Shown here: positions 39,248 through 49,323 of the stretch, one piece after another
Position numbering within the stretch: position 1 is the stretch's first letter
Layout of the letters: each line of letters opens with the position of its first letter
Assembly: GCA_965219455.1 (NCBI GenBank)
Contig: OZ244744.1
Coordinates: forward strand, 3,968,001 to 4,032,000
Direction: 5' to 3'
DNA length: 64,000 nucleotides
Source of the DNA: Candidatus Latescibacterota bacterium
GTDB lineage: Bacteria > Latescibacterota > UBA2968 > GCA-2709665
Translations under genes and position numbers: made by a program
The notes under the pieces: model-generated
Databases searched by the model: none
What the model was told of the DNA's origin: nothing
The model's input: the letters and a program-made list of their open reading frames with translations, nothing else

Positions 39248-40178
39248 ATGAAAAAATGCGTTGTGATTTTTCTGGATCTACTCGGCTTTAAGTGTTTCAC
39301 AGGCAAGGATCCCGACGCTGCATTGGGAATGCTTGAAGACTTCAACTCGGTACGCTCGATGTGGCGGCAGATTGGCCGAATGGAGAACCCACTCTGCGCG
39401 CCGCAAGGATTGGGGAATCCAGCACCTCAGCTAACTTCGGTAGAGAGCTTCAATTGCTTCATTCCCATGAGCGATGTCGAATTTTCTTATAGGGTGCTTT
39501 TGTCATCGCGGGTGGGCATTTGGCAATTCAAATCCTCGCAATGTGCATGAACAATGTGGCAAGGAATTGGTAATAGATCGACAAGGCAAACCGAGAGTTA
39601 GAGAATACAAAGAAAATTGGTATCCGGTTCTATTTCGAGGCGGGATTTCTTACGCAAAAGCAAAGGCAGTTCAAAATCCGGCGGTGTACGAAGGGGAGGA
39701 GATCACGGTTCCCAATGTAATTGGACCTGGAGTGGTTCGGGCAGTTCAGCTTGAGCAAGGAGGTTTGAAAGGCCCTCGGATCCTCTGTGACGGTGAATTC
39801 GTCGATGAATTAACCTGCCAAACCAAAAGATATCTCAGGCAAGCGGGAGACGCGTGGGAATTGCTCTGGCCGGCTTTCAGTTATATTGATAGAAATGGAG
39901 AAAGCAATCAACGTGACGTGCTTGATGAGCTGTTCTGGCCCGCATTTAGGCTGTGGCAATGCTATTCGGGAAAACCGAAGGAGGAGGAGCACTATCGTGC
40001 GTTCCTTGAACTCATTGTGCGCTCACATATCGCTTATGCCGGAATCGCATCCAACCCTGAATCCGTCTACGAGTATATGCATGAAACGCTCGATAAAGCA
40101 GGACTCAGGCTTTCGGGCACAGACCTTAACGCGAAGCTTGTTTTCCCCAAAGTAAACGACAATGCACAAGAGCGATAG
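39248..40178 (+). pseudogene. Nucleotidyl-cyclase-like hypothetical protein, frameshifted near 39475
   Basis: VIFLDLLGF..PMSD in one frame; SNFLIGCF..FRGGISY..GPGVVRAVQLE..PRIL in another. Confidence 0.7.
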
Positions 40179-40208
40179 GGTGCGTAGAAAGAAGCAAGGG
40201 ACAATTCC

Positions 40209-43200
40209 ATGATCCCCAAATCCATATTTAAAAAATACTTGAAGGACCTAGCATCGGTTGCCGGCCACGGCGACGCGCGGGAGGAGAGTTTCTACCCTGC
40301 GCTTGAGGAAATGTTAAGCGGAATAGCCGTTGCGACCGGCAAAAAGCACGTACATGTCACCACGCTTCCCAAGCCCACGGAGGGTGGGAACCCGGATTTC
40401 CGCCTTTGGAACGGTACGGACCGAATCATCGGTTATATCGAGGCCAAGAAGCCGACCGAAGAACGGCTGAAAGATGTTGAAGAAACTGAGCAACTTCAAC
40501 GTTATCTCAATACGTTTCCGAATCTCATTCTCACCAACTTCCTGGAATTTCGATTGTACCGCAATGGCAAACCCGTAGTAGATAGCGTGAGCGTGGGCCG
40601 ACCCTTGATGCTTAACAGGGTGGGCGTCGCGCCTCCGCTTGAGAATGAACACGATCTTTACGACCTCCTGAATCGATTCCTCGATTTCGCGCTGCCCCGC
40701 ACGTTTACAGCCGAAATCCTCGCCGATGAACTCGCCAATCGGACACGCCACCTCCGAAGTGTCATCGGGGACCAGTTCGAAGAGGATACAGGTGGTATGC
40801 TTGCTGGCTTCTTCGAGGCATTTCGGACCCATTTAATTGGTTCTTTGACGCCCGGACAATTCGCCGATCTGTTCGCCCAGACAATCACGTACGGCCTATT
40901 CGCTGCTCGCATCCGTGCTTTGGACGGTTTCAACCGGCGCGCCGCGTTCGATAGTATACCCCACACCATCGGCGTCTTGCGGGACCTTTTTCGCTATATT
41001 TCACTTGGCGATTTGCCTGATCAGCTCGCGTGGTGTGTAGACGATCTCGCCGAAGTCCTTGCCGTGGCTGATGCGCCCGGTATTCTCAATGAATATTACC
41101 GAGAGGGCAGAGGCAGCGATCCGATTGTGCATTTCTACGAGACCTTTCTGGCGAAATATGATCCCGAGGTGCGCGAACGCCGCGGGGTGTATTACACGCC
41201 GGAACCGGTGGTCGGTTACATAGTTCGATCGCTCCACGGACTTCTGAAGACTGAGTTTGGCATGGGCGACGGTCTGGCCTCTGGCCGCGTCACCCTGCTC
41301 GACCCGGCCGCAGGCACCATGACCTTTGTGGCTCAAGCCGCCAAACAGGCTGTCGCCGAATTCGAGTCCAAGTATGGTAGTGGGGGATCGGAGGACTTCA
41401 TACGTACTCGTATCTTGAAGAATTTTTTCGCTTTCGAACTGATGATGGCGCCCTATGCGGTGGGTCACCTGAAGATGAGTTTCCTGCTGGAAGAGCTCGG
41501 CCATCGACTCGCCGACGACGAACGCATGCCTTTCTATCTCACCAATACCCTCGACTGGGAGAAACTGGAACAGAGTCGTCTCCCTGGCCTCTCGGCCTTG
41601 GCAGAAGAATCTCGCCTGGCCGGCGATGTCAAGAGGCAGAGACCGATCCTTCTCATTCTTGGAAATCCGCCTTACTCCGGCCATTCGAGCAACAAGGGTG
41701 ACTGGATACGTAAGTTGATCGACGAGTACAAGAAGGTCGACGGAATACCCCTGGGTGAGGCAAATCCGAAGTGGCTTCAGGACGACTATGTCAAGTTCCT
41801 CCGGTTTGCCCAATGGAAGATCGAACAGGGAGGGCGCGGCATTGTCGGTATGATCACCAACCACGGTTACCTGGATAATCCCACTTTCCGAGGCATGCGC
41901 AAGAGCCTGATGGACACCTTTGACGACATATATATCCTCGACCTGCATGGCAATTCGCTGAAGAAGGAGACCTGCCCGGACGGTAGCCCTGACAAGAACG
42001 TCTTCGATATCCGGCAGGGCGTGGCCATTGCCTTTTTTATCAAGCGTGGCGAGGAACAAGGACGCGATGGCCAGATTCATCACGCCGATCTATATGGCGC
42101 CCGTGAGTCTAAGTACGACTGGCTGGACGGCCACGACAACGGTACCACTGAATGGCAAGTAGTCAATCCCGTGTCGCCGCACTATCTGTTCGTGCCCCGC
42201 GATGAAAGTCTGGAAGCCGGTTATCGCGTCTTCAGTGGTATTCCTGAAATATTCCCAATAAAAAGTGTCGGCATCGTAACAGCGCGTGACCACCTGACGA
42301 TTCGCTGGTCGGATCAGGAGGTATGGAGTACCGTCCGTACATTTTCCGGAATGGAACCTGAATTGGCCAGAGAAGCCTACGAACTCGGCAAGGATGCGAG
42401 GGACTGGCAGGTGAAATTGGCGCAAGTTGACTTGCGGGAACGCGGGCTAACTCAGGACGATATCTTCCCGATTCTCTACCGGCCATTTGACGTCCGGTAC
42501 ACGTATTACACCGGTCAGTCACGGGGATTCCTCTGTATGCCACGCAGGGAGGTAATGCGACACATGCTGAACGGAAAAAATCTAGCACTTCATACTTGCC
42601 GGCAAATAGTCAGCGAAAAGTGGGAACATTGCTTGGTAACCAACGGGATCACTGATGATTGTTACGTTTCCAACAGGACCAGGGAGCGCGGATATGCGCA
42701 TCCTCTCTACCTAAGTCTTATCGACGACAGCGACGACCCACGCGCCTACCAAGAGAGACGGGCAAACATAGACTCAAGGATACAAAGCGTACTGAAAGAT
42801 GCACATGGGGAAACGCTAACGCCTGAAGATATTTTCCACTATATCTACGCCATTCTGTATGCACCAGTTTACCGCGAAAAATACGCCGAGTTTCTGCGGA
42901 GGGAGTTTCCGCGCGTTCCGTTCACAAGTGACCGGGAGTTGTTTGACGAGATCGCGAGCCTTGGGGCACGTTTGACCGAACTGCATCTTCTTACTTCGCC
43001 CGAACTCGACGCTCCGACCTGTCGGTTTCCAGTACAAGGGGAAATGAACGTAGCTAAAACGAAGGCGCAGGGTTTTCGCTATGATCCCAACACACAACGC
43101 ATGTACATCAACAAAACACAGTTTTTCGGCCCTATCTCCGAGGAAATTTACCGATACCGCATTGGCGGCTACCAGGTTTGCGACAAGTGGCTGAAGGATC

Positions 43201-43346
43201 GCAAAGAACGACGGCTTAAACTTGAAGATATCCAGACATACTGCCGGATCGTGACGGCAATTGGCCATACGATACGGATACAAGAGCAACTTGACGATCT
43301 GTATCCCGAAGTAGAAAAGGATCTGGTGTCGATCCCGGCGGAATGA
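40209..43346 (+). CDS. Single-polypeptide restriction-modification enzyme (PD-(D/E)xK nuclease + N6-adenine MTase + type ISP/LlaBIII-like specificity domain, no helicase)
   Basis: NPDF..IGYIEAK; GVYYTPEPVV; motif I LDPAAGT; motif IV GNPPY; YRPFD; YIYAILYAPVYREKY..FPRVP; YRIGGYQVCDKWLKDR. Confidence 0.9.
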   Translation: MIPKSIFKKYLKDLASVAGHGDAREESFYPALEEMLSGIAVATGKKHVHVTTLPKPTEGGNPDFRLWNGTDRIIGYIEAKKPTEERLKDVEETEQLQRYLNTFPNLILTNFLEFRLYRNGKPVVDSVSVGRPLMLNRVGVAPPLENEHDLYDLLNRFLDFALPRTFTAEILADELANRTRHLRSVIGDQFEEDTGGMLAGFFEAFRTHLIGSLTPGQFADLFAQTITYGLFAARIRALDGFNRRAAFDSIPHTIGVLRDLFRYISLGDLPDQLAWCVDDLAEVLAVADAPGILNEYYREGRGSDPIVHFYETFLAKYDPEVRERRGVYYTPEPVVGYIVRSLHGLLKTEFGMGDGLASGRVTLLDPAAGTMTFVAQAAKQAVAEFESKYGSGGSEDFIRTRILKNFFAFELMMAPYAVGHLKMSFLLEELGHRLADDERMPFYLTNTLDWEKLEQSRLPGLSALAEESRLAGDVKRQRPILLILGNPPYSGHSSNKGDWIRKLIDEYKKVDGIPLGEANPKWLQDDYVKFLRFAQWKIEQGGRGIVGMITNHGYLDNPTFRGMRKSLMDTFDDIYILDLHGNSLKKETCPDGSPDKNVFDIRQGVAIAFFIKRGEEQGRDGQIHHADLYGARESKYDWLDGHDNGTTEWQVVNPVSPHYLFVPRDESLEAGYRVFSGIPEIFPIKSVGIVTARDHLTIRWSDQEVWSTVRTFSGMEPELAREAYELGKDARDWQVKLAQVDLRERGLTQDDIFPILYRPFDVRYTYYTGQSRGFLCMPRREVMRHMLNGKNLALHTCRQIVSEKWEHCLVTNGITDDCYVSNRTRERGYAHPLYLSLIDDSDDPRAYQERRANIDSRIQSVLKDAHGETLTPEDIFHYIYAILYAPVYREKYAEFLRREFPRVPFTSDRELFDEIASLGARLTELHLLTSPELDAPTCRFPVQGEMNVAKTKAQGFRYDPNTQRMYINKTQFFGPISEEIYRYRIGGYQVCDKWLKDRKERRLKLEDIQTYCRIVTAIGHTIRIQEQLDDLYPEVEKDLVSIPAE

Positions 43347-43547
43347 CGAGAAAAGAAACCTGACACATTAACGCGACCTTGTATATGGAAGCACGACGCG
43401 GTGGGCAAACCCACACTCTGAGCGGGTGTCCACCGCGTTTCAACTTTTCGATCCGTCGATATTTGGATACACATTAGAGGAGTGTAAAGTTGACGAGTCG
43501 GTTCGCCACAATTCATCTGGACGACTGGATAACCGAATTGAAAGCCC

Positions 43548-43576
43548 TTGACAACTTGTAGTCAATTGACTACAAT
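43548..43576 (+). promoter_or_regulatory. TA promoter with a perfect 20-bp operator
   Basis: TTGACA-17-TACAAT overlapped by the palindrome TTGTAGTCAATTGACTACAA (43556-43575). The ATG is 8 nt after the -10 box, so the mRNA is likely leaderless. Confidence 0.85.
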
Positions 43577-43584
43577 AACATTTA

Positions 43585-43923
43585 ATGATTAGGGTTCTAC
43601 ATTACGTTTCGGAAAGCGGTATTGATTATTTCGATGCGTGGTTTCGTAAACAAAGTCCCGAGACCCGCGCTAGGGTCCAAACTCGCATCGATCGAGTGGA
43701 ATTGGGAAATTTCGGTGATCATGGAGGCGTGGGAAGCGGAGTATTCGAGCTACGTTTCGACTTTGGGCCTGGGTTTAGGGTTTATTATGGCCGCGATGGT
43801 GACGAACTCGTGATTTTATGCGGCGGCCGGACGAAGAAGCGTCAAACCCGGGACATTGCAAACGCCAGCATTCGTTGGAAAGCGCACAAACAGGAGAAAC
43901 GAAATGCCCGTGAGAGAACATAA
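43585..43923 (+). CDS. RelE/ParE-family addiction-module killer toxin
   Basis: RIDRVELGNFGD..VGSGVFELRFDFGPGFRVYYG. Confidence 0.92.
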   Translation: MIRVLHYVSESGIDYFDAWFRKQSPETRARVQTRIDRVELGNFGDHGGVGSGVFELRFDFGPGFRVYYGRDGDELVILCGGRTKKRQTRDIANASIRWKAHKQEKRNARERT

Positions 43924-44188
43924 GGCCAGCGACTATCTCAAGACGCCCGAGGACGCCGCCGCTTATCTGAACGCGGCGATAGAGGAAATGGGCGACGATC
44001 CACGCTTGCTCATGAAGGCGTTTCGGAACGTTGCTGAGGCGCGGGGTGGCGTGTCCGCGCTTGCGCGTCGGGCCAAACTCGATCGCGTGGCTCTTTCTCG
44101 AGCACTTTCCGGTCAACGAAATCCGCGTCTCGATACCCTCGCGAAAGTGTCCGCGGCTTGCGGCATCAAGCTCCGTTTCTCGGCGTAA
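43904..44188 (+). CDS. Addiction-module antidote (HTH antitoxin), copy 1
   Basis: ASDYLKTPEDAAAYLNAAIE..GGVSALAR..LSRALSGQRNPRLDTL. Confidence 0.92.
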   Translation: MPVREHKASDYLKTPEDAAAYLNAAIEEMGDDPRLLMKAFRNVAEARGGVSALARRAKLDRVALSRALSGQRNPRLDTLAKVSAACGIKLRFSA

Positions 44189-44316
44189 CGCAGAATAGCA
44201 AAACAATATCGATTGAGTGACGGAGAAGGCACAACCCAAACAACAAAAGCCATGTGCTTGTAACAGAACGTTTCAGATTTTATCGTGTGACGGCGCGGCG
44301 TTAACAGGTGTATTCT

Positions 44317-45411
44317 ATGGAAAAATCATTGGTGATTCGGGAATTGCAGACGGAACTCGACAGGGACCTTGCCCAGCGTGAAGCCTCTGCTCAAGAGTTA
44401 TCTCGAGTGCTCCTGGAAAAAATCGAAGAACGAAATCCACAACTTATGGATCTAAAGGTCGAGGCAATTCACGAGATTAGAGTAAACATGGTATTTGGGG
44501 ACTCACCGGTTGAGGGGGTTCTGCTGAAATATCTTCAGGAAGAACGAACGCGCATTTGTAGCGAGATTTGTTCCCATGTGGAGGAGAGCACAGGTCGACC
44601 AATCAGTATTGGCGAAATAGACAGCGTCCTTGCCTTACCCTTGTGTGAGATCGAAAGGCTTGATCAACTGGTTGACAGAGCTAAGGTCGTTGACGTGGTA
44701 CGGCGTGGCCTCCTTAACCGTATTTACAAGAATATCCCCATGGCGCAAACAATGCGTCCGAACATTCAGATTTGCATCTACGTTCCTGCCAACAGTGGAG
44801 CACGAATATTCGTTTATGCCGAGTCACTCGGCAGCGTCATCGCAGACGAAGTCATAGAACTGCCGACCGTTACACTTGACACAAATGTGGTAAGAGAATG
44901 GTGGGATTGCAGAGGTAAAGTTGACCTCGTGGAAAAGCTACTGGAACTCAGCAACAGTCTCAAGATCGATCTTGCAGTCACAGGCAGGATCCGGGATGAT
45001 GTTCCTCTCCAACCCTTGGCTGGCAAGATAAACGACCTTTCGAATTTAACCATTGACGAGATTGGATCTGTAATTCGCTTTTCCCACTGGAAAGCAGGTC
45101 GAGACGTTGCAGGAACACAAGAGTTTGAGAATTTTCGTTACTCACCCGCCATTGTCAATAAGCTTGAAAAAATGAACGAAAAAAGACGACCAGACTGGCG
45201 TGACTGGGATCACCTGCACACTCACTTTAGATACGGGAGAGATTACTTTCTTACATGGGATAAAGGGATTCTTGATTTTTCCGATGAACTGAAAAGCCAG
45301 TTGGGGATTAATGTCATGGAACCTGAAAGGTTTCTTTCTCGCAAACAATATCTGCCGAAATGGGCGAAGAAACAGGGCTCTTGCAGTTACCCCGGTGAGC
45401 AACTCATTTAG
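44317..45411 (+). CDS. Hypothetical protein with C-terminal PIN-like domain
   Basis: VTLDTNVV..DWRDWDHL..DYFLTWDKGIL PIN-type acidic motifs; ~185-aa unknown N-terminus. Confidence 0.7.
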   Translation: MEKSLVIRELQTELDRDLAQREASAQELSRVLLEKIEERNPQLMDLKVEAIHEIRVNMVFGDSPVEGVLLKYLQEERTRICSEICSHVEESTGRPISIGEIDSVLALPLCEIERLDQLVDRAKVVDVVRRGLLNRIYKNIPMAQTMRPNIQICIYVPANSGARIFVYAESLGSVIADEVIELPTVTLDTNVVREWWDCRGKVDLVEKLLELSNSLKIDLAVTGRIRDDVPLQPLAGKINDLSNLTIDEIGSVIRFSHWKAGRDVAGTQEFENFRYSPAIVNKLEKMNEKRRPDWRDWDHLHTHFRYGRDYFLTWDKGILDFSDELKSQLGINVMEPERFLSRKQYLPKWAKKQGSCSYPGEQLI

Positions 45412-45494
45412 GGCATCACGCCGCAGTTTTCTGCGTAAGATGCTCGATGGCGGTTTGACGAGCACAGCGATAAATCAAATGGAGGATGCGACGG

Positions 45495-45722
45495 ATGGAC
45501 GAAGTCCTGACTGTTGCCCAGATACACACGAAGTTTTCCTCAGAGTGGGTCCTCATCGAAGCCCCGCAGACCAACGATGCCCTGGAAGTGCAAGGTGGCA
45601 GGGTTCGCTGGCACAGCAAGGATCGGGAGGAAGTCTATCGCAAGGCAGTGACGTTGCGGCCTGCACGGTTTGCCATTTTGTACACCGGCAAGATGCCTGA
45701 GGACACGGCGATCGTTCTATGA
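45495..45722 (+). CDS. Small DUF5678-like protein, partner of the retropepsin gene
   Basis: EWVLIE..GGRVRWHSKDREEVY; ATGA overlap with the protease gene. Confidence 0.75.
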   Translation: MDEVLTVAQIHTKFSSEWVLIEAPQTNDALEVQGGRVRWHSKDREEVYRKAVTLRPARFAILYTGKMPEDTAIVL

Positions 45723-46041
45723 GTTTCCCGTTCTATCCAAACCGGGGCTTGATCATCGTGTCCGCCGAGTTGTGGGGGCCCAGTGGTAGTGCGGTTCTAC
45801 GCCTTGCGCTCGACACCGGCGCGACCGGTACGTTAGTGAATGTAGGGATGCTCGTTGCACTCGGTTACGATCCGGCAATGGCCCCGGATCGTGTTCAGGT
45901 GACGACAGGCAGCGGGGTCGAATTCGTTCCCCTCGTCATATTGGACGGGATCAGAGCCCTGGGAAGGAAGACTGCTAATTTTCCAGTATTGGGTCATACC
46001 TTGCCGCCGAGTGCTGGCGTCGACGGTCTTCTTGGGCTAGA

Positions 46042-47928
46042 CCTAAAATAAGCGAGTATTGGTGTTTGGTGAACAGAATTGCAGATTTGTGCGACGTTGT
46101 GGTTGAATGACGTATGTGTGTTGTCTATTGAGGTGCGCGGGAGGTCGTTTTGAGGTTTGTGGAGTGTAAGTTGGTGTGGTAAAGCGCAGCGTTAGGGGTG
46201 TGTTGTTGGTGTCTGGTTGTGGTGTAGGCGTATTTGTCCGTTACGTCGCCGTGGGCGTCGTGGATCCCGTGGTATGTGATGACGGTTCGTGCGGGTGTCA
46301 TGTGAAGCCGGTGCGTTCGATGGTAGCCCAGGCGCTCAAGAGTCTATTCAGTGACGGCTGATAGCCGATGATGCGCACGGTGGTGCTTCGGGCGTGTCGC
46401 ACGACACGACAGGGAAAAAGGATGATGTGTGAGAGGAAGGTCCGGAAGTCCATACGGATATAGTGTCGGCGGTGTTTTTTTCGATGCATCATCAAGGCAA
46501 ACCACGCCTTGATGTTCCAGGCCAGCGCGGCGATGACCATGTAGGCCCAGTTGCTGATCAAGTCATACAAGGGCACGCGCAGGGCATTGACGCCGTTCTT
46601 GAGCTGTTCGATGACGTTTTCCTGGTCGCATCGTTTGTTGGCAGCAAAGACGACCTCGGCGGGCGTCAGGTCGTCGCGCGTGGTGATGTAGAAGAAATAG
46701 CGGATTTCGTCGAAGAGGGTCTGCTCACCTTTGGCCTTACTGATGTTTTTTCGCAGCGCCACAACGCGGTAGGGGCGTTTGCACTTGCCGGGCTGGTAGT
46801 CAAACTCGGCCACGTCTTCGAAGTTCAGCGCCAGCTTGAGGTAGCCCCGCGCCTTGACGATACGCTGCTTCTCATTGTCGCGCCGCTGCCTTTTCTGGGG
46901 CGCGTGAGGTCGGTGCAGGCGCTGCCAGTTGGCTTCGTCAAGGGCCTTGGCCCGTGTTCGTAAGGCGTCATTGCAGTCCATCCCGAAGATGAAATCGACG
47001 TCCTTTGCCCAGCGATCGAGGTGAGCCGTAAGCGAAAAGTCCGTGTCGCCGCGTAGGCACACGCGCTTGGCGTGGGGCTTCACCACCCGGATGGACGCAT
47101 CGATCCAGGGGGCGGCCCCCTGGTGAGAAGACGCGTTGCCCGGACGGTTGACGATATACAGCACCTCTTTGGTATTGGCCAACGATACGATCAGGGGCGC
47201 ATACCCCCACACGCCCTTGTAGGAGATGTCCATGCCGCCCTTCTTCTCCCCATACGTTGGGGCGCTTGTGCCATCCACGTCGATGTACGCTACCGAAGAA
47301 AGCAAACTGGCGGCCCGCGTGCGCCACAACTTAGACCGTACCGCGTTAATGCAGTCCATCAGCCCGATCACGTCAGCTTCCGTGAAGCGACGCGTAAAGT
47401 CGCCCGCAGTCGTCGGGTCCGGGATCAGCTTCGCGTTCAACGCATTCATGTAGGCCTCGTCGTGCCGCAAACGCTCGATGTCTTCCAGACGCGTGCCACC
47501 GCACATCACGTTGTAGGCAAGGTTCAACACGTGATCCGACTCATGATACGGCAGATGAACCTTCAACAACTTCAACTTCTCGTCTATCTCTTCGACCAAT
47601 CCCAATTTGGTCACCAGACGATGCACGGCCGCAATGCCACCGCAGCTCATCGCTGCTGCTTGCGCGCTGACCTCGTAATGCACATAGGTGCTGCCAAACA
47701 TCGGCTTGCCTTGTGCACAAAAACGACCGCCAAGCTTTTGCCGAGTACGTACCTTGCGCCCACAATTAACACTGTTCCTGCGGCTTTCTTTTACCGATAT
47801 TCTCTTCACCGGAAAGACCCCCTTCGTTGGTGTATCAACAGACTGTCTGATACTTCTAACTCCAACTAAGATAAGTCTTTCCGGTACTTTTGTACATAAA
47901 AATCTCAAAAAACCCGCTTAATTAGAGG
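46042..47928 (-). mobile_element. IS1380-family insertion sequence (1887 bp) with 5-bp TSD CTAGA
   Basis: Ends CCTAAAATAAGCGAGT and reverse-complement CCTCTAATTAAGCGGGT; CTAGA at 46037-46041 and 47929-47933. Confidence 0.92.
46298..47809 (-). CDS. IS1380-family DDE transposase
   Basis: PYHESDHVLNLAYN, IPDPTTAGDF, IDVDGT, LRGDTDFS, RCDQENVIEQLK. The GTG start is approximate. Confidence 0.93.
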   Translation of the reverse strand: MKRISVKESRRNSVNCGRKVRTRQKLGGRFCAQGKPMFGSTYVHYEVSAQAAAMSCGGIAAVHRLVTKLGLVEEIDEKLKLLKVHLPYHESDHVLNLAYNVMCGGTRLEDIERLRHDEAYMNALNAKLIPDPTTAGDFTRRFTEADVIGLMDCINAVRSKLWRTRAASLLSSVAYIDVDGTSAPTYGEKKGGMDISYKGVWGYAPLIVSLANTKEVLYIVNRPGNASSHQGAAPWIDASIRVVKPHAKRVCLRGDTDFSLTAHLDRWAKDVDFIFGMDCNDALRTRAKALDEANWQRLHRPHAPQKRQRRDNEKQRIVKARGYLKLALNFEDVAEFDYQPGKCKRPYRVVALRKNISKAKGEQTLFDEIRYFFYITTRDDLTPAEVVFAANKRCDQENVIEQLKNGVNALRVPLYDLISNWAYMVIAALAWNIKAWFALMMHRKKHRRHYIRMDFRTFLSHIILFPCRVVRHARSTTVRIIGYQPSLNRLLSAWATIERTGFT

Positions 47929-48141
47929 CTAGACTTCATTCGCCGGTTGAGCTTGACAATTGATTTTCGAAATGGACAGATAGCGCTTACCTGACCCGCT
48001 CACAGTTCCATCGTAGTCTACGCACATGAAATTGGCGGCTTTCATTTATGCACAAAATGGTTGAGAAAATGTAAAAGCCCTATTGACTCAAACTCGACGA
48101 TACTCGGAGTTCAGAGCATCTACTCGCAAGTAGAGCATTCC

Positions 48142-49061
48142 ATGTCTGACCGAGCCCGCTGTGAAATCTGCATGAGAGCCGCAAAGACGCTAACGTCGCT
48201 TGGATTTGACGGAATTCATCAGTAGAGTGAGGGTTGTGGGGAATTTAAGCTGACAAGAACTTCCCGCTCGCTCCTTACGGGACTTGATGCGGTGGTACGG
48301 GCAAAGATTGCGGGCTGGGTGTACGATCAGAACAGGTCCGAGACGATCCCAACAATTTCAAGTGATGTGCTAGAGAACGTATCGGCTCGTTCCCTGCCGA
48401 CTTTTGCCGAACGTGCGAATCGCCTGTTGCTTGAAGCGTTGCGTGGTCAGGAACTAATGGGTGCTGGATTCCACATTGAAGATCCGCGGTTTCTCGCAGC
48501 CACATACTCCCACAACCTCGCTGACATTGGTTTTTTGTTGGAAATGTTAGAGGGCGAACGTTTGGCGGAGACGGTTACTGTTGACGGCGTTTACCGAATC
48601 CTTCCGCGTGGGCACATTGCCGCGGACGAATTGTCACGTAGAGGTGTGCAATCCGATAAAGGGTTCGTTGCCATGTCGATTGACCAAGATTTAAGGCCTG
48701 CATACGAAAAGGGGTTCCAAGTCGGCATCCTGAACGCGGGTTATGACCCTGTTCGAGTGGACCGGTTAGAGCATGTGAATCGCATTGATGATGAGATTAT
48801 CGCACAGATTAGGGCGGCGTCTTTCGTTGTCGCGGATTTCACCAAGCATCGAGGCGGAGTTTACTTCGAGGCAGGATTCGCCCTTAGTCTAAACCTACCG
48901 CTATATGGACTTGCAGGAAGAATGACCTGAATGGCCTACACTTCGACATTCGACAGTACAATACCATTGATTGGCAAGAAACTGCGGAGCTTGCCGAACG
49001 ACTCTGTTACCGCATCGAAGCGACAGTTGGAAAGGGTCCGAAAGCAGTTTTGGGCATTTAA
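48142..49061 (+). pseudogene. Zn-ribbon + wHTH + nucleoside-deoxyribosyltransferase-like protein, with nonsense codon and frameshift
   Basis: MSDRARCEIC..Q*SEGCGEF (TAG 48223-48225); FVAMS..RIDDEIIAQIR..VVADFT..GVYFEAGFA; frameshift near 48900 into IWTCR..HFDIRQYNTIDW. Confidence 0.82.
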
Positions 49062-49224
49062 ACACGCACGATTGCCAGTTTCCGTTATTCCGTTAATGAT
49101 GTGAACAAGGGCGCCTCCCCTGATAGCCCTATTGACACCGGTGGAATACGGTAAATTTTGGATCTCAGACGGGATCGTTAGTATGTGTCAATTGATCTCC
49201 CTTGCAATGTTGAATTTGCCTGGC

Positions 49225-49323
49225 GAGGGGACGATGAAGCATCAAGCATGGCACATTGCGGCGGCTCAAACCTGCTGGAAAGCCAACGGACAGGAGAAGC
49301 GAATTGCCCGTGAGAGAACATAA
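49225..49323 (+). pseudogene. 3' remnant of the addiction-module toxin
   Basis: GTMKHQAWHIAAAQTCWKANGQEKRIARERT aligns to the C-terminus of the 43585 toxin. Confidence 0.75.

Larger units (their letters stand above)
45719..47994 (+). pseudogene. Retropepsin-like (clan AA) aspartic protease interrupted by IS1380
   Basis: LALDTGAT..VDGLLG[IS]LDFIRRLSLTIDFRNGQIALT*. The reading frame is restored when the IS and one TSD copy are removed. Confidence 0.9.

Noticed and set aside
48223-48225. In-frame TAG as pyrrolysine recoding
   Set aside because: The same gene has a frameshift and an apparently lost Cys next to the stop, consistent with decay.
48075-49137. Recurring AGCCCT(A)TTGAC motif at ~43543, ~48077 and ~49126
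   Set aside because: Mostly a -35 box plus a few bases; too short to call a recombination site without statistics.
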